This document shows positions 58,277-64,000 of a DNA stretch of 64,000 bases, in pieces. Under the pieces are notes generated by a model that saw only the letters and a list, made by a program, of their open reading frames with translations, searched no databases and was not told the DNA's origin. The translations under genes and the position numbers were made by a program. The stretch is from Macrostomum lignano (taxonomy: Eukaryota): NCBI GenBank assembly GCA_002269645.1, contig NIVC01001003.1:1-64000 (forward strand), given 5' to 3'. Position 1 is the stretch's first letter, and each line of letters starts with the position of its first letter.

Positions 58277-61200
58277 ATGCTCGAAATGATTTCGCTTAAC
58301 ATTCAACAACAGCAGCAGCAGCAACAGCAGCAACAACAACAGCAGCATCAGCAGCAGCATCAGCAGCAGCATCCGCTAATACTGCAACAGTGCGACCCGC
58401 TGGGCCATCACCACACTCGTCCAGACGATTCCGACCTGGAAAACCTATTCAGCATTCCTTTGATAGCGGATTCATCCACCGAGTGCGGCATCTATCAGTT
58501 CGGCTGCCTGCCAGCGCTAACAGACTGTCACCGGGAGCAGAAGCAGAGCTTCAGCGATGCCAGCGACACCGTCGCGGCGGCGACCAATGGCATCATCAAG
58601 TTGGAGGATTCCGGCTGGAGCGACTCCGACAGTCTCTGGCAGCCGAACTGCATGCCGGCGCCGATTCCGCGACATCCGCAGCCGCTTCCGCCGCCGCCGC
58701 TGCAGCAGCATCAGCAGTTTGAACAATTTCAACTCGAACAAAGGCGGACCAATCAGTTGAGCAGGTCGATATCCAACTTCACTAGTCAGTCGTCAATTGA
58801 TAGCAGCGTTGGCTGCCCGGGGTAAGTGCGGTTTCTTGGTCAATGGCTGTTTGATGTCAGCCATGAGGTCTCACTCCACACACTTCCCCAGCTGTCAGTG
58901 AGGAGGTGATGTCAGCCATGAGGTCTCACTCCACACACTTCCCCAGCTGTCAGTGAGGAGGTGATGTCAGTCATGAGGTCTCACTCCACACACTTCCCCA
59001 GCTGTCAGTGAGGAGGTGATGTCAGCCATGAGGTCTCACTCCACACACTTCCCCAGCTGTCATTGAGGAGGTGATGTCAGTCATGAGGTCTCACTCCACA
59101 CACGTCCCCAGCTGTCAGTGAGGAGTTTATGTCAGCCATGAGGTCTCACTCCACACACTTCCCCAGCTGTCAGTGAGGAGGTGATGTCAGTCATGAGGTC
59201 TCACTCCACACACTTCCCCAGCTGTCAGTGAGGAGGTGATGTCAGCCATGAGGTCTCACTCCACACACTTCCCCAGCTGTCAGTGAGGAGTTTATGTCAG
59301 CCATGAGGTCTCACTCCACACACTTCCCCAGCTGTCAGTGAGGAGTTTATGTCAGCCATGAGGTCTCACTCAGGCCGTCAGGGACGCGATTTGTGCGTCC
59401 TACTTTAATGAATAAAAAAGCGACGATTTTAATCAGCAAGCAAGCTCAAGCTCTCAAAGCAATAATTTCACACCAACCACACCGCTGACATTCGGCGAGC
59501 AGGGTGGACTTGCTGTTCGGTGACTCGACGGCGGACAACAGCAACATGGAAGTGGACGGGCAGGAGCCGGTGACGATTCTGCAGAATGGCGACATTCAGT
59601 CAGGGTGAGGATGCAGGTGCTCTGTGAGGAGTGTGAGCAACGCTGAAGGATTCTACGGGTATGGGTGGAAATTAGAATTGCTTACCAGAAGAGGTCACTA
59701 AACAGGATTCGATGGACTCTCAGGAGTAGGAAGAATGGGAAAAAGGAGATGAGTGGAAGAGAAGAGGATTAGTAGAGAAAGACGAAGAAGAAGAGGATGA
59801 CACTGAGATATCAGATAGATACGGAGAAGTTGAGAGTAAGACTGAGAAGTCAAGATATCAGATAGATACGGAGAAGTTGAGAGTAAGACGGAGAAGTCAA
59901 GATATCAGATAGATACGGAGAAGTTGAGAGTAAGACTGAGAAGTCAAGATATCAGATAGATACGGAGAAGTTGAGAGTAAGACTGAGAAGTCAAGATATC
60001 AGATAGATACGGAGAAGTTGAGAGTAAGACGGAGAAGTCAAGATATCAGATAGATACGGAGAAGTTGAGAGTAAGACAGAGAAGTCAAGATAGAGATCGA
60101 GAAGTAGAGAGTGAGACGGAAAGTAGAGAATGAGAGACAAAGAAGTAGAGAATGAGAGACAGAGAAGTAGAGAGTGAGACAGAGAAGTAGAGAGTGAGAG
60201 ACAGAGAAGTAGAGAGTGAGACGGAGAAGCAAGCCACTCAGATCGGGGAATTATGGACAATTTTAGGCATTGAAATCTACATCAAAACTACATGTAAGAC
60301 TAATTAAATTTACTCTCAATGTTACAACGTTGAGAAAAATCTCTCTAGCAAAAATTAGTTCGGTCTGAATAACAGTCAGATCTGAAGAACAGATTTGAGT
60401 GAAAATTGGCCGGTCATGAGTCTACCTTGCTAGCCCTTAAGCTGCTCAATATAAGCTAGGTTCTATTTGTGAGCCCGAGAAAGATAGAGAACATTGAACC
60501 GCATATGAGAAGCATATGAGCGTATTTAAAGCATTGGATTGTTAATGCTTAATTGTGTTCAACAACTTGCGTGTGTCTCCGGCCCCCCACTGTCTTTTAT
60601 TCGCAGAATGCACCTCACAGTGGGGGGTTGGTGGCCCCCACCAAGCACAGGTTATAAAACGAAGCCCCCCCCCCACCAGAGACTGTGTAGCTCTAGGGCC
60701 TGTTTATGCAAGCCAACACAAAATGCATGGTTTATGGCTATCATAACAACAATTTATGCACCGGTTAAACTGGCAGGTTAAAATATTTTAGCAGCTCAAA
60801 TAACTTTGACCGGCAAAGTTAGAGGCAACAACAGGGCAGATGATACACTTACTAAGTGTAATGCGGTAGTTTAATGTTTTTAAATATTGCCAGATGAGTA
60901 ATGATAGACATATTCCACCCTGCCTCTCCATCTACTCTCCTTCAGCATCAAGGGGGGCGGGGATGAGAAAGTCAGGGCCGATTTACACCCCTGTGTACAC
61001 AATGAGAAAGTCAGAGCCGATGTAAACCCTGTGTACACAATGAGAAAGTCAGGGCCGATGTAAACCCTGTGTACACAATGAGAAAGTCAGGGCCGATGTA
61101 AACCCTGTGTACACAATGAGAAAGTCAGGGCAGCTGTACACCTGTGTACACAATGAGAAAGTTAGGGCAGCTGTACACCCTGTGTACACAATGAGAAAGT

Positions 61201-63721
61201 CAGGGCCGATGTACACCCTGTGTACACAATGAGAAAGTCAGGGCAGCTGTACACCTGTGTACACAATGAGAAAGTCAGGGCAGCTGTAAACCCTGTGTGA
61301 GCGCGTGCTCAGCAGTCCTGCGAAATCGAGCATGACTTTTGGCTCCCTCTACTCCGCCTCCGCCAGGTGGAAGCTGAACCACAGCGAAGTGGAAAAGATG
61401 CGCCGCGACAAGATGAACGGCTACATCCAGGAGATGGCCAGCCTGGTGCCTCTGTGCCGTTCGGCCAGCAGGAAGCTGGACAAGCTAACAGTGATGAGGA
61501 TGACGGCTCAGCACCTCAAAACTCTCCGGCTGAGGCGTCTCGGAAACGGCGGCAGTGGCGGCCGCGGCGGTAACGGCACGGGGATGCAGTTGGCCGAGGC
61601 TGCAAGTCATTTGTTCAGCACCTCCGATCTGCAGAGAATCATCCAGAAAGTGAGATGGAAGTTTTTTTTACCGGTTTTAACTAGTTCCTACCGGTTCTAA
61701 CCAGCTAACACCGGTGTCAATCAGTTCCTACCGGTTCTAACCAGCTAACACCGGTGTCAATCAGTTCCTACCGGTTCTAACCACCTAACACCGGTGTCAA
61801 TCAGTTCCTACCGGTTCTAACCAGCTAACACCGGTGTCAATCAGTTCCTACCGGTTCTAACCAGTTAACACCGGTGTCAATCAGTTCCTACCGGTTCTAA
61901 CCAGCTAACACCGATGTCAATCAGTTCCTACCGGCTCTAACCAGCTAACACCGGTGTCAATCAGTTCCTACCGGTTCTAACCAGCTAACACCGGTGTCAA
62001 TCAGTTCCTACCGGCTCTAACCAGCTAACACCGGTGTCAATCAGTTCCTACCGGTTCTAACCAGCTAACACCGAAGTCAATCAGTTCCTACCGGTTCTAA
62101 CCAGTCAACACCGGTGTCAATCAGTTCCTACCGGTTCTAACCAGTTAACACCGGTGTCAATCAGTTCCTACCGGTTCTAACCAGTTAACACCGGTGTCAA
62201 TCAGTTCCTACCGGTTCTAACCAGTTAACACCGGTGTCAATCAGTTCCTACCGGTTCTAACCAGTTAACACCGGTGTCAATCAGTTCCTACCGGTTCTAA
62301 CCAGTTAACACCGGTGTCAATCAGTTCCTACCGGTTCTAACCAGCTAACACCGGTGTCAATCAGTTCCTACCGGTTCTAACCAGTAAACTTTTGTTGCAA
62401 CCAACCGACACCAACCGCCTAACGTGTCGCAGAACTTCGACGGCTTCATTCTGGTGATCGGCTGCGATAGGGCGAGAATTCTCTACGCTTCAAAAGGATC
62501 GGACTGGCCGTCTAAGGACTCCAAGTGTCCGGAGTTCGAACCGGTAAGATATCAAAAGTTCAGCGTGTACTTTCAGAAAAAAAAACAATTTGCCTAACCA
62601 AGCAACAACAACCGCTTTTTAGCGCGATCTGATTGGCCATAATCTGTTCGACATCGTTCATCCGAAAGATGTGAACCTTGTCAAGGAGCAGCTGGTGCAG
62701 CCGGACTCGCTGCAGGATCTGGAAGGAGAGCAGCTTGGTGAGGAGAATGTGCTGTTGTCTTATAAAACTGAGATATGGCGATGGTCGTGAGCTTGAGACT
62801 GAGACTGAAAGCAGTCGGAAACTGCACTGAGAAAGGGGAAACGGCAGTTGGAAACTACCCTGACCCTAGGGAGACGGCAGTTGGAAACTATCCTGACCTA
62901 AGGGAGACGGCAGTTGGAAACTACCCTGACCTAAGGGAGACGGCAGTTGGAAACTATCCTGACCTAAGGGAGACGGCAGTTGGAAACTACCCTGACCTAA
63001 GGGAGACGGCAGTTGGAAACTACCCTGACCTAAGGGAGACGGCAGTTGGAAACTACCCTGACCTAAGGGAGACGGCAGTTGGAAACTACCTTGACCTAAG
63101 GGAGACGGCAGTTGGAAACTACCCTGACCTAAGGGAGACGGCAGTTGGAAACTACCCTGACCTAAGGGAGACGGCAGTTGGAAACTACCCTGACCTAAGG
63201 GAGACGGCAGTTGGAAACTATCCTGACCTAAGGGAGACGGCAGTTGGAAACTACCCTGACCTAAGGGAGACGGCAGTTGGAAACTACCCTGACCTAAGGG
63301 AGACGGCAGTTGGAAACTACCCTGACCTAAGGGAGACGGCAGTTGGAAACTACCCTGACCTAAGGGAGACGGCAGTTGGAAACTATCCTGACCTAAGGGA
63401 GACGGCAGTTGGAAACTACCCTGACCTAAGGGAGACGGCAGTTGGAAACTATCCTGACCTAAGGGAGACGGCAGTTGGAAACTACCCTGACCTAAGGGAG
63501 ACGGCAGTTGGAAACTACCCTGACCTAAGGGAGACGGCAGTTGGAAACTACCCTGAGGATGAGTAAACACTCTCATAAATCGATTATTTCAGCCTGCATC
63601 CCATGTTACAATTGCTAATTAACTGCACCCGCAGACCTGTCGGGAGTGAGTTTCGGCTTGCGCAGGCATTTCTACTGCCGCATCAGGACAGACGTTGGGC
63701 CCAGCTCAAGGCGGAGGGGAG
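58277..63721 (+). CDS. cyc: cycle/BMAL1 (ARNTL)-type bHLH-PAS transcription factor, 3' incomplete; exons 58263-58821 (ATG 58277), 59503-59604, 61367-61649, 62433-62543, 62623-62737, 63635-63721
   Basis: b[54 protein letters not shown] is closer to BMAL1/CYC ([11 protein letters not shown]) than to ARNT (RKPDKLTILRM). PAS-A pieces: [49 protein letters not shown]. All junctions are phase-compatible. Linkage of the first two exons rests on phase only. Confidence 0.88.
58853..59372. repeat. 55-bp intronic minisatellite
   Basis: Unit GATGTCAGCCATGAGGTCTCACTCCACACACTTCCCCAGCTGTCAGTGAGGAGGT, about 9 copies. Confidence 0.95.
59806..60235. repeat. 47-bp intronic minisatellite grading into an AG-rich repeat
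   Basis: Unit GATATCAGATAGATACGGAGAAGTTGAGAGTAAGACTGAGAAGTCAA. Confidence 0.9.
60960..61297. repeat. 38-bp intronic minisatellite (CAGGGCCGATGTAAACCCTGTGTACACAATGAGAAAGT)n
   Basis: About 9 copies visible. Confidence 0.92.
61684..62386. repeat. 40-bp intronic minisatellite (CTAACCAGCTAACACCGGTGTCAATCAGTTCCTACCGGTT)n
   Basis: About 17 copies visible. Confidence 0.96.
62836..63556. repeat. 33-bp intronic minisatellite (GGAGACGGCAGTTGGAAACTACCCTGACCTAAG)n
   Basis: About 21 copies; explains the ORFs 62775-63566 and 62866-63576. Confidence 0.96.
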
Positions 63722-64000
63722 GTGAGACACCAGCTGCCTGCATTCTCTTTTCACTCTCCCAAGTCCACCCCTTTTATTCCCTACCTCTCACCCGCTCTCT
63801 GTTCACCCGGTTGTTCCCCCGGCCTTCTGAAAAATGGCCCAGAGGCTTGAACCCAGTCTGCATGAAATTTAAGCAGGAGAAAAGTAACGCAAGCTTTTCA
63901 TCTACTCTCTACACGAGTATCCCCTCTACTCTCTTGCTTACCCACCCAATACTTTATTGCTACCCTAACTCTACTCTCTCTCTCTGTCTCTACCGTCACT

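Noticed and set aside
58853-62386. Regularly spaced 38-55 bp repeats as a possible CRISPR array
   Set aside because: Units are head-to-tail with no unique spacers, the context is eukaryotic introns, and there are no cas genes.
62775-63576. 263-aa and 236-aa ORFs of 11-aa repeats
   Set aside because: A 33-bp minisatellite inside cyc intron 5, bounded by a valid donor (62738) and acceptor (63634).

Overview
Eukaryotic, repeat-rich animal DNA. GC-rich exons, short AT-rich introns, GT-AG splicing and a minisatellite in most longer introns suggest a flatworm such as Macrostomum, but this is an inference from sequence style only. Six protein-coding genes were reconstructed by hand with phase-compatible splice sites. 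(+) An L1CAM/neuroglian-family adhesion receptor, with the ectodomain on one 3.7-kb exon. (+) An intronless, highly divergent ionotropic glutamate receptor-like gene. (+) An ankyrin-repeat DHHC palmitoyltransferase (Patsas/HIP14 type) with one frameshift and a tandemly duplicated last exon. (-) A secreted trypsin-type protease with Phe at position 193. (-) A Cdc25 phosphatase. (+) A cycle/BMAL1-type bHLH-PAS gene that runs off the window end. About 30 micro- and minisatellite arrays fill much of the remainder. Also present are a hAT-type MITE with TIRs and an 8-bp TSD that carries a minisatellite, two hAT left ends, two copies of a tRNA-derived SINE, and decayed retroelement fragments. Most long ORFs in the supplied track are translations of tandem repeats. 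The most striking unexplained patterns are: at least seven arrays built on a GGCGCC core, one of them inside a transposon; a near-perfect 16-bp array matching the CTCF consensus; frequent palindromic cores in repeat units; and a 4.7-kb duplication whose junction is a chimeric minisatellite.
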